This document shows positions 1 through 9,919 of a DNA stretch of 64,000 bases, piece by piece. A program made the position numbers and the translations under genes. Under the pieces are notes generated by a model that saw only the letters and a list, made by a program, of their open reading frames with translations, made no database searches and was not told the DNA's origin. The number at the start of each line of letters is the position of its first letter. Position 1 is the stretch's first letter. Source of the stretch: Gammaproteobacteria bacterium (GTDB taxonomy: Bacteria; Pseudomonadota; Gammaproteobacteria; Eutrophobiales; Eutrophobiaceae); contig OZ220696.1 in NCBI GenBank assembly GCA_965116495.1, positions 3,520,001 to 3,584,000 on the forward strand, read 5' to 3'.

Positions 1-1404
1 ATTTCTTTCGGCCGGGACAAGAGCCCGCAAACCTTGTTGACAGTCATAACGGGCGTAGCCGGTCTGCCGGGGCAGGCGTCACAGGACATCTTCCTGGACG
101 TCAAGGTGACGCCTGAAGCGGCTTATGTCCAGGCCGAATTGATTTATACCGTAAAACTGTATCGCGCAGTCGCCACCTCCAATGAGACATTATCCGAGCC
201 GGAACTGGGCCAGGGGAGTGCAATTATAGAAGTGCTGGATGCGGACAGGAGTTACGACGACTTCTTTCAAGGCAGGCGTTATGCGGTGTTCGAGAGACGT
301 TACGGGATTTATCCCCAGGTCAGCGGGACCCTGTCGATCAAGCCTGTGCGGTTTCAGGCGCAGGTGTCGAACAGTTCACCCTTCAGCCTCGATCCTTTCG
401 GAGCCAGGTCCAGGACGGTCGTAAGACAGTCGGAACCGGTGCAACTGGCGATCAAGCCGGTCCCCGGCAATTACCGGGGTGGACACTGGCTGCCTGCGGC
501 TGACGTAAAAATCACCGAGAGGTGGTCAAAAAATCCGTTCGAGTTATTGCCCAATGAACCGGTGACCCGTACCGTCACGCTGACTGCCCAGGGTTTGACC
601 GCCAGCCAGTTGCCGGAGATGCAGGAACAACTCCCCGCGGACTTCAAGCAGTACCCGGATATCCCGGTATTGGAAAATGGCCGGAGCGCTGACGGTATAA
701 CGGGGGTAAGACAGCAAAAGAACGCAATCATCCCGGCGCGGGCGGGCAACTATGTCCTGCCGGCAATCTCCCTGACCTGGTGGAATACCGGAACGCAGAC
801 CATGGAAAATGCGGTTTTACCCGAACGGCGCGTACAGGTAGCGGCGGCTGAAGCGGGGGCAGTTATCGAGGCGCCGGAGCTGCCTGCGCTCGATTTGGAT
901 ACGGCGGCCCCCGGCCGGACGGTCCCGGACGCTGCACAGGCTGCCACAGCCGAACACACGGCCCCTCCCGTTGTATCGATCTGGCAATGGCTTACCTGCA
1001 TCATGGCGCTGACCTGGGTCATCACCCTCGTATATCTACTGAAGAACAGAGGGCGTTCGCGGCCTGTGACCCCGCAGACGCATACGGGGGATGCCAACGA
1101 AGCGCTGAAAGCGCTGAAACGGGCTTGCCGGGAGAATGACCCGCAACGGGCAAAAGCGGCGTTGTTACGCTGGGCAGGGGCACGCACAAGCGCAACGCTG
1201 GTCACCAGCCTGGGTGACCTGGAACGACACAGCAGCGAGGCCCTGGCCGTGGAAATCCGCGCCCTGTCGCGCCGGCTTTATTCCCGCACGACAGACCCCT
1301 GGCGCGGCGAACCGTTATGGCAGGCATTCCTGCAGGAGCGCAAAACTGCCGATAAGGAATCATCCCCGGACAGCGGCGACCTTGAACCGTTGTTTCGACT
1401 GTGA
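1..1404 (+). CDS. BatD family protein (5'-truncated by window edge)
   Basis: Frame is open from base 1; Ig-like repeats, 'ISLTWWNT' segment and a C-terminal TM helix typical of BatD-like proteins. Confidence 0.75.
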   Translation: MSFGRDKSPQTLLTVITGVAGLPGQASQDIFLDVKVTPEAAYVQAELIYTVKLYRAVATSNETLSEPELGQGSAIIEVLDADRSYDDFFQGRRYAVFERRYGIYPQVSGTLSIKPVRFQAQVSNSSPFSLDPFGARSRTVVRQSEPVQLAIKPVPGNYRGGHWLPAADVKITERWSKNPFELLPNEPVTRTVTLTAQGLTASQLPEMQEQLPADFKQYPDIPVLENGRSADGITGVRQQKNAIIPARAGNYVLPAISLTWWNTGTQTMENAVLPERRVQVAAAEAGAVIEAPELPALDLDTAAPGRTVPDAAQAATAEHTAPPVVSIWQWLTCIMALTWVITLVYLLKNRGRSRPVTPQTHTGDANEALKALKRACRENDPQRAKAALLRWAGARTSATLVTSLGDLERHSSEALAVEIRALSRRLYSRTTDPWRGEPLWQAFLQERKTADKESSPDSGDLEPLFRL

Positions 1405-1412
1405 GTATTCGG

Positions 1413-1446
1413 GAACCGGGGACAGGTTTAAACCTGTCCCCGGTTC
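1413..1446. repeat. Perfect 34-bp palindrome, repeat family A (GGGGACAG..TTTAAA..CTGTCCCC)
   Basis: gaaccggggacaggttt|aaacctgtccccggttc between convergent genes; related copies at 8747, 9838, 38957, 45891, 51565-51640, 60566. Confidence 0.9.
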
Positions 1447-1454
1447 ATCACTCC

Positions 1455-2255
1455 CTACAGTTTGACAAACTTCATGGTCATCCTGTCGCTTTCGCCTATG
1501 GCGGTGTATTTTGCCCTGTCCTGCTCGCCCAGCCGGTACGAGGGAGGCAGGGTCCAGACGCCCTCAGGGTAATCTTTGGTGTCTTTCGGGTTGGCATTGA
1601 TCTCCGATTTTTTCACCAGTTCAAAGCCCATGCCTTCCAGCAGTCCGATCAGGTAGCTTTCGGGCACGTAGCCGCGCTCAGCGGTTTCTTTGGCATTGCT
1701 CCCAGGTTCGGCCCGGTGCTGCACCACGCCCAGGGTCCCGCCGGGTTTGAGCACCCGGTAAAATGAACGGTAAATGTCTTCCACACCCCCGCGACGGATC
1801 CAGTTATGGGTATTGCGGAACGTCAGCACCATGTCGAAACTGGCATCCTCGAAGTTCTCCAGGTACGCCTCGCCCTGAAACACGCCGAGTACGACCTTAC
1901 CGTATATCTCCGGTTCGCCGCCAAATTTTTCCGCCAGTTTGTTATGCATGCTGCGCAGGAACTCAACGGAATGCTCATGGCCGAAACTGGCGACCGCGAG
2001 CAGGCCGTCATCCTTCAGGTACGGGGCCAGTATCTCCGTGTACCAGCCGCCGCCGGGCAGGATTTCGAGCACGTGCATATCCGGCCTGATCCCGAACAGG
2101 GTCAAGGTCTCCCCGGGGTGCCGGTAGACATCCCTGGCAACGTTTCCCGCGGTCCGGTGTTCCGAGGCGATCGCCTTATCCAGCAGGCCGTCCTGCTGAT
2201 CGGCATGACCTGCAAACGCCAGCGCCAGTAATATGAAAATGGTTAACCTGCTCAT
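1455..2255 (-). CDS. Secreted class I SAM-dependent methyltransferase (COG4798-like)
   Basis: Signal peptide MSRLTIFILLALAFAG; motifs RDVYRHP, EILPGGGWYT, FRNTHNW, IGESDRM. Confidence 0.8.
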   Translation of the reverse strand: MSRLTIFILLALAFAGHADQQDGLLDKAIASEHRTAGNVARDVYRHPGETLTLFGIRPDMHVLEILPGGGWYTEILAPYLKDDGLLAVASFGHEHSVEFLRSMHNKLAEKFGGEPEIYGKVVLGVFQGEAYLENFEDASFDMVLTFRNTHNWIRRGGVEDIYRSFYRVLKPGGTLGVVQHRAEPGSNAKETAERGYVPESYLIGLLEGMGFELVKKSEINANPKDTKDYPEGVWTLPPSYRLGEQDRAKYTAIGESDRMTMKFVKL

Positions 2256-2274
2256 GATAGTTACTCCCGGGAAA

Positions 2275-2314
2275 ATCAATGGGGTCAGACTCGATTGATT
2301 TTTACTCTGACCCC
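2275..2314. repeat. Repeat family B (ATCAATGGGGTCAGACTCGATTGATTT followed by TTTACTCTGACCCC)
   Basis: 27-mer identical to 58662-58688; related to the inverted pair at 33070-33155. Confidence 0.85.
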
Positions 2315-2339
2315 GAAAATCAGAGAATATCATGCTCCG

Positions 2340-2669
2340 TCATGATAAAATACCGGAATCGTTTGCAGCATCCGCCCAACGATATTCTACCAGGTCGATT
2401 TTATCATCCTCCGAGAAAACGATGCCCTCTGCTTCAAGCAATATCCGTTGCAGATGATGTCCCTCCGAGCCAGTACGCATGCTGATCCGGCCCTGGCTGT
2501 TGATAATCCTGTGCCAGGGAATGTTATTGTCTCCGGACAGGGCCGCCATGGCATAGCCTACCTGTCTGGCTGAGCATCTCCCTGCCAGCCCGGCTATCTG
2601 GCCGTAGGTGGCGACTTTTCCCTCCGGGACCCGGCGCACCCATGCATAGATCCTGTCATAAACGCGCAT
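2340..2669 (-). CDS. Alkyltransferase-like protein (MGMT family DNA-binding domain)
   Basis: VPEGKVATYGQIA and PWHRIINSQG (Trp in place of catalytic Cys, as in ATL proteins). Confidence 0.85.
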   Translation of the reverse strand: MRVYDRIYAWVRRVPEGKVATYGQIAGLAGRCSARQVGYAMAALSGDNNIPWHRIINSQGRISMRTGSEGHHLQRILLEAEGIVFSEDDKIDLVEYRWADAANDSGILS

Positions 2670-2967
2670 TTATCCTGTCTATCCGGGTTACCTGCACCTG
2701 GCAGTCGGCGTACCACCTGGCGCGCCCCAGTGCCTGGGCCGCCCGGTGTTCCGGGTGCGCTTTCCAGGCCTTGATGGCGGCGAGGCTTTCCCAGTAGGAA
2801 ACAGTGAGCTCCCGGTTCCCCTCCATGCTGGTATGTTTGCCGATATAACCGGGTTGCTGTTCGACCAGTTCTGTCATGCGCTGTGCCGTGTCTGCATAGC
2901 CGGCCGTGTCGTCAGACATTTCTGCGGTGAAAATCACCGCGTAATAGCTGTCATCCCTGGTTTCCAT
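2656..2967 (-). CDS. Antibiotic biosynthesis monooxygenase family protein
   Basis: YYAVIFT, QQPGYIG, TVSYWESLAAIKAWKAHPEH; start taken at METRDD. Confidence 0.8.
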   Translation of the reverse strand: METRDDSYYAVIFTAEMSDDTAGYADTAQRMTELVEQQPGYIGKHTSMEGNRELTVSYWESLAAIKAWKAHPEHRAAQALGRARWYADCQVQVTRIDRINARL

Positions 2968-4402
2968 GCGCGCGCAGCCGGCTCGCCGTTTCCGTAATTT
3001 TATGCCATGCCTGTTCGACGTGTTCCAGTTCGGTGTGGGACTGGCCGATACAGATGCGAATGACAAAGCGGTCGTTCAGCTTCGTATGGGTGAGGAAAAT
3101 ATCGCCGCTTTTGTTAAGTTCATCCAGAAGTTTCCTGTTGAGTTCGTCGCTGCCCCGGTGACGCAGGCAGACCAGGTTGAACGGCGCTGGCGCAACGATT
3201 TCGAAATGCTCATCAGCCTCGATCCACCCAACCAGTAACCGGGTCAGCTCGATATGCCGGCGTATATGGTATCGCAGGCCTTCCACACCGTAGTAGCGCA
3301 GTACGAACCAGAGCTTGAGCGCGCGGAAACGGCGGCCCAGCGGCACCTGCCAGTCGCGGTAATCAAACACCGCGCCGCTTTCCGTCGCCTCGTTGAGCAG
3401 GTATTCGGGCAGGATGGACAATGCATTGATCAACGCGCTGCGGTCCGCCACCCAGAAGCAACTGCAATCAAAATTGGTAAACATCCATTTATGGGGGTTG
3501 AAGCAATAACTGTCGGTGTATTCGATGCCGTCGTGGAGATAACGGTATTCGGGACAGATGACCGCGGTGCCGGACATGGCCGCGTCCACGTGGAACCACA
3601 GGCCTTCAGCGGCGCAGATCCTGCCGATCGCGGCAATGGGATCAAGTGCATTGGATGAGGTGGTGCCCAGTGTGGCGCAGACGAAGATGGGGCGCAAACC
3701 ATCGGCCCTGTCGGCCTTGACCTGCGCGGCCAGTTTGCCGGCGTCCAGGGCAAAGTTCTCATCGACGCCGACCTGTCGCAGGTTGGCCCGCCCCAGGCCA
3801 GCTATGCCCATGGCTTTCTCCAGGGAGGAATGGGTTTGTGTGGAGCAGTATGCGACCTGTTTCCCGTCACAGCCTTCCCGGTTCGTACGCAGGCCGGAGT
3901 CCCGCTCCCGCGCCGCGAGCAGGGCGCACAGGATAGCGCTGGAAGCCGTGTCCTGGATCACGCCGCCGCCGCTGCCCTTTGAACGGTACCTGTCCGGTAA
4001 TCCCAGCAGGTCTGCCAGCCAGTCCATTACCCGGGTTTCAAGCTCGGTACAGGCGGGACTGGTCGACCATAACATCCCCTGCACCCCGAGACCGGAGCAC
4101 AGCAGGTCGCCCAGGATAGCCGGTCCTGAGGTATTGGCGGGGAAATAGGCATGGAAGTGCGGGGACTGCCAATGGGTGATTCCGGGCAGGATCTTGTCCT
4201 CAATATCCCGGAATATGTCGGTGAATTCCTCGCCCTGTACGGGTACGGCATCAGCCAGTGAAGCACCTGTCTCGCCCGGTTTTACCTGTGACTGAACGGG
4301 ATAGCGGCCTGCATTTTCATAGTAATCCGCTATCCAGTCGATCACCTCCTTGCCGTAACGGCGGAAATCTTCCACCGGCATATGGTAACCCTGCTTACTC
4401 AT
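2951..4402 (-). CDS. PLP-dependent aromatic-L-amino-acid decarboxylase (group II)
   Basis: [32 protein letters not shown] (PLP Lys), [17 protein letters not shown]. Confidence 0.9.
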   Translation of the reverse strand: MSKQGYHMPVEDFRRYGKEVIDWIADYYENAGRYPVQSQVKPGETGASLADAVPVQGEEFTDIFRDIEDKILPGITHWQSPHFHAYFPANTSGPAILGDLLCSGLGVQGMLWSTSPACTELETRVMDWLADLLGLPDRYRSKGSGGGVIQDTASSAILCALLAARERDSGLRTNREGCDGKQVAYCSTQTHSSLEKAMGIAGLGRANLRQVGVDENFALDAGKLAAQVKADRADGLRPIFVCATLGTTSSNALDPIAAIGRICAAEGLWFHVDAAMSGTAVICPEYRYLHDGIEYTDSYCFNPHKWMFTNFDCSCFWVADRSALINALSILPEYLLNEATESGAVFDYRDWQVPLGRRFRALKLWFVLRYYGVEGLRYHIRRHIELTRLLVGWIEADEHFEIVAPAPFNLVCLRHRGSDELNRKLLDELNKSGDIFLTHTKLNDRFVIRICIGQSHTELEHVEQAWHKITETASRLRAHGNQG

Positions 4403-6074
4403 CGGTGACGCAACCGAGCGAGGCTGACTTCACGCTCTTTATGTATTTGTACAGGGTACCGCGCGTCGCCTTGTACCGGGGCATGATCCAGTCCGCCTTG
4501 CGTTGCGCCAGTTCGTCATCGGTCAGGTCAACGTTTATCTGGTTATGCTCCGCATTGATCGTGATCATATCGCCGGTTTTAATCAAGGCAATGGGCCCGC
4601 CTTCCTGGGCTTCAGGCACCACGTGGCCGATGATAAAACCATGGGAACCGCCGGAAAACCGGCCGTCGGTGATCATGGCGACATCGTTGCCCAGTCCTGC
4701 GCCCATGAGGGCGGAAGTCGGGGTCAGCATTTCCGGCATCCCCGGCCCGCCCCTGGGACCTTCGTAACGGATCACGACCACGTCGCCTTTTTCAATCCGG
4801 TCCTGTTCCAGCGCCGCCAGCATGGCTTCTTCCGAGTCGAATACCCTGGCGGGGCCGCTGAACACTTCCCCTTCCTTGCCGGTGATCTTCGCCACCGCGC
4901 CGCCCGGCGCCAGGTTGCCCTTCAGGATGCGGATATGGCCGCTTGACTTGAACGGTTTGTCCAGCGGCCGCAGCACATCCTGCCCTTCACTCAACGCCGG
5001 CAAACCGGCCAGGTTTTCACCTATGGTCTTTCCCGTGACTGTCATGCAAGCGCCGTCGATCATGCCGTTTTCCAGCAGGAACTTCATCACCGCCGGTACG
5101 CCGCCGACCTTGTGCAGGTCCTCCATCACGTAGCGGCCGCTGGGTTTGAGGTCTGCCAGGTACGGGGTGCGGTCACTGACTGCCTGGAAGTCGTCGATAC
5201 CCAGCGTCACGTCGACGGAGCGGGCCATGGCGATCAGGTGCAATACCGCGTTGGTTGAACCACCGAGCGCCGTAACGACAACCATGGCATTTTCGAATGC
5301 GGAGCGGGTCATGATGTCCCGCGGCTTGAGATCCAGTTCCAGGAGGTTTTTTATGGCCGCGCCGGCCTGGAGGCATTCATCCAGCTTGTGCGGGTCGACT
5401 GCGGGTGTGGAGGAACTGTAGGGTAACGACATGCCCAGCGCCTCAATCGCCGAGGCCATGGTATTGGCCGTGTACATGCCGCCGCACGCGCCCGGGCCGG
5501 GACAGGCTGAACGCACGATAGCGCTGCGGTTGTTGTTGTCGATCCGGCCCGATATGAACTCGCCGTAGCTCTGGAACGCGGAGATGACGTCCACTTTGTT
5601 GCCCTGGTGATACCCCGGTTTGATGGTGCCGCCGTAGATCATGAGGGCGGGGCGGTTGAGGCGGCCCATGGCCATGATGCAACCGGGCATGTTCTTGTCG
5701 CATCCCGGGATCGAGATATTGGCGTCATACCATTGGGCGTACATGATGGTTTCGATAGAATCCGCGATGAGATCCCGGGATTGCAGGGAAAAACTCATGC
5801 CCTCCGTACCCATGGATATGGCGTCGCTGACACCGACGGTGTTAAAGCGCATCCCCACCAGGTCCCTGGCCTCCACGCCTTCCTTGACCCTGGCCGCAAG
5901 GTCCAGCAGGTGCATGTTGCAGGTATTGCCCTCAAACCAGACACTGGCAATACCCACCTGGGGTTTGGCCATGTCCTGTTCGGTCATACCGGTACCGTAG
6001 AGCATGGCCTGTGAGGCGCCCTGTGATTTCTCCTGGGTTACCCTTGCGCTGTAACGATTTAGCTGCTCAGTCAT
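4395..6074 (-). CDS. ilvD: Dihydroxy-acid dehydratase
   Basis: [41 protein letters not shown]. Confidence 0.97.
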   Translation of the reverse strand: MTEQLNRYSARVTQEKSQGASQAMLYGTGMTEQDMAKPQVGIASVWFEGNTCNMHLLDLAARVKEGVEARDLVGMRFNTVGVSDAISMGTEGMSFSLQSRDLIADSIETIMYAQWYDANISIPGCDKNMPGCIMAMGRLNRPALMIYGGTIKPGYHQGNKVDVISAFQSYGEFISGRIDNNNRSAIVRSACPGPGACGGMYTANTMASAIEALGMSLPYSSSTPAVDPHKLDECLQAGAAIKNLLELDLKPRDIMTRSAFENAMVVVTALGGSTNAVLHLIAMARSVDVTLGIDDFQAVSDRTPYLADLKPSGRYVMEDLHKVGGVPAVMKFLLENGMIDGACMTVTGKTIGENLAGLPALSEGQDVLRPLDKPFKSSGHIRILKGNLAPGGAVAKITGKEGEVFSGPARVFDSEEAMLAALEQDRIEKGDVVVIRYEGPRGGPGMPEMLTPTSALMGAGLGNDVAMITDGRFSGGSHGFIIGHVVPEAQEGGPIALIKTGDMITINAEHNQINVDLTDDELAQRKADWIMPRYKATRGTLYKYIKSVKSASLGCVTDE

Positions 6075-6252
6075 TGTATTGTTCCTGTGCCTGTAGATTG
6101 GAGAACGAACATTAATATTGACGGTACATCCCGACCCCGCAGGAAACTGAGAATAAATACAGGTTTCCTGTATTATTTTCATCTGCGATAATCCCTGTCC
6201 CCGCATGCTTTAAGCAGGGATGCCTAACCTGCGGATAAATTATTATGACAAC

Positions 6253-7404
6253 ATGATAACACTACCTGCGTTCAAAGAGTCATTTGCCGCGCTGGTGGCA
6301 GCGCCTTCAGTAAGCAGCATAGACCCGCGCCATGACCAGAGTAATCTTCCCGTGGCGGACCTGCTGGCAAACTGGTTTGCCGACCTGGGTTGCGCCGTTG
6401 AGACGTTGCCGGTTAACGGCAGGGCGGACAAAGTCAACGTGGTCGCGAGCCTGGGTAGCGGCGCCGGCGGGCTGGTCCTGTCGGGCCATACCGATACGGT
6501 GCCCTACACCGGGTCCGCCTGGTGCCAGGACCCGTTCAGGTTGACGGAAAGGGACGGGCGTTTTTACGGCCTGGGCACATCGGACATGAAGTGTTTCTTC
6601 CCTATCGTGATGCAGGTGTTGCTGTCACTGGACCTGAAAAGGATCAAGCGCCCCCTTGTCCTGCTGGCGACCTGTGATGAAGAAAGCACCATGGCCGGCG
6701 CCAAGGCACTGGTTGATGCAAACAGGGGTCTGGGACGCTACGCGCTCATCGGCGAACCGACGGGTTTAAAACCCGTCATCATGCACAAGGGAGTGATGAT
6801 CGAGACCATTATGCTCAAGGGCAAGGCCGGACATGCCAGTAATCCGTCCCTGGGTATCAATGCCATGGAAGGTATGCATGATGTCATGAACACCCTGCTC
6901 GATTGGCGCCGCCGCCTGCAGCAGGAATTCTCCAACGGAAACTTCGATGTGCCGGTACCGACCTTGAATTTTGGTTCTATCCATGGCGGCGACAGCCCCA
7001 ACCGGATCTGTGCCGACTGTGAACTGAAGATCGACCTGAGACTATTGCCGGGCATGCACATCGGTGACGTTCGTAAACAATTGCGCCGGACGGTGACACA
7101 GGCGCTCAGCGGGAGCGGCCTGACCGTGGAGTTTGATGAGGTATTCTCCGGGACACCCCCCATGGAAACCGATCCCCGGAGTGATATCGTCAGCGTGGCG
7201 GAGAAACTGACCGGACATACCGCCGGGACCGTCAATTTCGGCACGGAAGGGCCGTACCTGAATTCTCTGGGCATGGACACGGTGGTGCTGGGTCCGGGGG
7301 ATATCGACCAGGCGCACCAGGCCAATGAATATATCGAGCAGGCGCGCATCCGGCCCATGCAGGACCTGCTGAAAAAGATGATTACCCATTTCTGCATGTC
7401 ATGA
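6253..7404 (+). CDS. argE: Acetylornithine deacetylase
   Basis: SGHTDTVP, GTSDMK, CDEE, GEPT, FGTEG, QAHQANE; directly upstream of argA. Confidence 0.92.
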   Translation: MITLPAFKESFAALVAAPSVSSIDPRHDQSNLPVADLLANWFADLGCAVETLPVNGRADKVNVVASLGSGAGGLVLSGHTDTVPYTGSAWCQDPFRLTERDGRFYGLGTSDMKCFFPIVMQVLLSLDLKRIKRPLVLLATCDEESTMAGAKALVDANRGLGRYALIGEPTGLKPVIMHKGVMIETIMLKGKAGHASNPSLGINAMEGMHDVMNTLLDWRRRLQQEFSNGNFDVPVPTLNFGSIHGGDSPNRICADCELKIDLRLLPGMHIGDVRKQLRRTVTQALSGSGLTVEFDEVFSGTPPMETDPRSDIVSVAEKLTGHTAGTVNFGTEGPYLNSLGMDTVVLGPGDIDQAHQANEYIEQARIRPMQDLLKKMITHFCMS

Positions 7405-7413
7405 GATGAAGTT

Positions 7414-8727
7414 ATGGACAAATCGCAATTCGTAAACTGGTTCCGGTCTGCTTCGCCTTACATCCGCATTCATCGCGGCAAGACGTTCGTTGTGCAGGTC
7501 AGTGACACCATGCTTCGCAGCGGCGGCTTTACTCCGCTGGTCCACGACGTGGCCCTGCTTACCAGCCTGGGGATCCGCCTGGTGCTGGTATTCGGTACCC
7601 GTGCGTCCATCGAGGCGCGTCTGCGTGAGAGAGGAGTGGATTCAAGCTATCACAACAGCATACGCATCACCGACTCGGACACCATGGAAGACGTCAGGAC
7701 GGTTACCGGGCGGCTGTTGCTGGACCTGCAGGCCGGGTTGTCCATGGGGCCCGGCAACAGCCCCATGTCCAATGCGCTGATCAGGGTGAACACGGGAAAT
7801 TACGTGTCGGCAAAACCCCTGGGTGTTATCGAAGGCGTGGATCATCAACTCACCGGCAATATCCGCCATATCGATGCGGACGCCATCACCCACAAACTGG
7901 ATAAGGGTGAAATCGTGGTCTTGCCCCCGCTGGGCTATTCCGTGACCGGAGAGGCGTATAACCTGTCCGCAATTGCCCTGGCGGCGGAAGTGGCGGTGGC
8001 CCTGCAAGCGGACAAACTGGTTTATTTGATGGAACAGGATGAATTGGCCGGGTTGATGGACGGCCGCCAGGCCAACCAGTTGAACCAGGCATCGGCCCAG
8101 GCGCTAGTCAGCCGGCTGGGGGTAGAATCACAGGGCCGGGTTTACCTGGAACACGCATTGGATGCCTGCGCCGACGGAGTCCAGCGCGCACACCTGCTTG
8201 ATCGCGAAGAAGACGGCGCCATGTTGAATGAGCTGTTTACCCGTGACGGTTCCGGGCTGATGATCACCACCTCTGCCTATGACGTCACGCGCAAAGCGGT
8301 CAGCGCTGATATCGGCGCTATCCTGGACTTGATCGAACCCCATGAGCAGCAGGGGTTCCTGGTAAAACGTTCCCGGGAGAAACTGGAGTTGGAGGTCGGC
8401 CACTTCACCATCCTGCTCCGGGACGGCGTCGTCATCGGCTGCGTCGGTCTGTATCCCTACCCGGATGACAGGATGGGAGAAGTGGCCTGCCTGGTCGTAC
8501 ACCCGGATTACCAGGATGCCGGTCACGGCAACCAGTTGCTTGACGAAGTGGAAAAAGAGGCACAGCGCCAGGACCTGGACAGCCTGTTTGTGCTGACCAC
8601 CCGGGCCCAGCAGTGGTTCCTCGAACGCGGTTTCAACACAGTCTCACTGGAGAACCTGCCCATGGAAAAGCAGAGCCTGTACAACTATCAGCGCAACTCC
8701 AGGATCCTGGTCAAGGACCTGAAATAG
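7414..8727 (+). CDS. argA: Amino-acid N-acetyltransferase
   Basis: FRSASPYI..HRGKTFV, ELFTRDG, C-terminal GNAT domain ending YNYQRNS. Confidence 0.95.
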   Translation: MDKSQFVNWFRSASPYIRIHRGKTFVVQVSDTMLRSGGFTPLVHDVALLTSLGIRLVLVFGTRASIEARLRERGVDSSYHNSIRITDSDTMEDVRTVTGRLLLDLQAGLSMGPGNSPMSNALIRVNTGNYVSAKPLGVIEGVDHQLTGNIRHIDADAITHKLDKGEIVVLPPLGYSVTGEAYNLSAIALAAEVAVALQADKLVYLMEQDELAGLMDGRQANQLNQASAQALVSRLGVESQGRVYLEHALDACADGVQRAHLLDREEDGAMLNELFTRDGSGLMITTSAYDVTRKAVSADIGAILDLIEPHEQQGFLVKRSREKLELEVGHFTILLRDGVVIGCVGLYPYPDDRMGEVACLVVHPDYQDAGHGNQLLDEVEKEAQRQDLDSLFVLTTRAQQWFLERGFNTVSLENLPMEKQSLYNYQRNSRILVKDLK

Positions 8728-8780
8728 CAGACGGACCCTGGCAAAAGGGGACAGGTCCTGCCGTTCACTCCTGTCCCGCC

Positions 8781-8806
8781 GTCATTCCTGCGCAGGTAGG
8801 AATCCA
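8781..8806. repeat. REP-like palindrome, family D (GTCATTCCNGCG..GGAATCCA)
   Basis: gtcattcctgcgcaggtaggaatcca; related copies at 36723, 45933, 49823, 50524, 50582. Confidence 0.85.
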
Positions 8807-9880
8807 TCAGTCATAAACTATATTAGAGTTAAACTCAGGGGTGGATTTATCCTTGAACCCCATGCCGGCATGGATGATGAAACAGGCAGCCAGCTTCTTT
8901 TTCAAAGCCAGTTCATAGCCCTGGTCCGGCCCCAGCACGAGTAGGCCGGTCGCCCACGCGTCGGCCAGCATGGCCGAGGGGTGCAACACCGTCACCGAGG
9001 CGAGTCCATGGGCGATCGGACGGCCCTTGCGCGGGTCTATCGTATGTGAATAGCGGGCCCCGTCTTTCTCGAAATAATTCCGGTAATCACCCGAGGTCGC
9101 CATGGCCATGTTCTCAAGCTTGATGATTTTCCGCACGCCGTCCTGTCCGCTAACAGGCTGTTCAATCCCGATTTGCCAGGGCCTGTTTTTGCCGTTCACG
9201 CCCCGCCCGCGAATTTCCCCGCCGATTTCCACCAGGTAGTTGTCCAGTTGAAGCAGGTCCAGGTAGGCCGCGACCTCATCCACACCAAACCCTTTTGCGA
9301 TAGCGGAGAGGTCGATATACATTCCGCCATTCGATTTTTTCAGGGTAGAGGCGACGGGGTCAAGTTGCAGTTTTTGATAACCAACCAGGCGTAAAGCCGT
9401 ATCAATTTGCTCGTCCTCCGGGACAGTGAACTCCTGTTCCGGGCCGAATCCCCACAGGTTGACCAGGGGGCCGGCAGTGACATCGAAGGCGCCTGTTGTT
9501 GATCGGCTTATCTCCCGGGCCGCCTGTAACATCTGCATCAGGGATGCACTCACGCTGAGTCGGCCCGTGCTGTCCGAAGCATTTATCCGTGACAGTTCCG
9601 ACCCGGGCAGGTAAGTGGACATCTCCTTGTTGACCCGGTTGAGGATGGTATCGAACTGCGCCTGTATACGTTGCCTGGAATGCGGCAGCGCCCCGGCGTT
9701 GATCAGGACGGACCAGGTTGTTCCCATCGTCAGCCCGGCAAATTCATAAACCTGTCGCGGTTGCTCCGACTGGCACGAGGACAGGGACAGGAAACAGGTA
9801 ACGGATAATAGAATACGGCGGGTTACAGGGAACAGCAGGGGACGGAATTTAATTCCGTCCCCGTGCCGAAGTGGAAACAT
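8807..9880 (-). CDS. apbE: FAD:protein FMN transferase (lipoprotein)
   Basis: GLTMGTTW, FDVTAGPLVNLWGFG, DLSAIAKG, ATSGDYRNY, ADAWAT; GGAGG RBS before ATG at 9880; lipobox-like LSSC. Confidence 0.92.
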   Translation of the reverse strand: MFPLRHGDGIKFRPLLFPVTRRILLSVTCFLSLSSCQSEQPRQVYEFAGLTMGTTWSVLINAGALPHSRQRIQAQFDTILNRVNKEMSTYLPGSELSRINASDSTGRLSVSASLMQMLQAAREISRSTTGAFDVTAGPLVNLWGFGPEQEFTVPEDEQIDTALRLVGYQKLQLDPVASTLKKSNGGMYIDLSAIAKGFGVDEVAAYLDLLQLDNYLVEIGGEIRGRGVNGKNRPWQIGIEQPVSGQDGVRKIIKLENMAMATSGDYRNYFEKDGARYSHTIDPRKGRPIAHGLASVTVLHPSAMLADAWATGLLVLGPDQGYELALKKKLAACFIIHAGMGFKDKSTPEFNSNIVYD

Positions 9881-9919
9881 TCTTTCGTCCTCCAGGTACG
9901 GCAACGGGGGGGTGACCCG

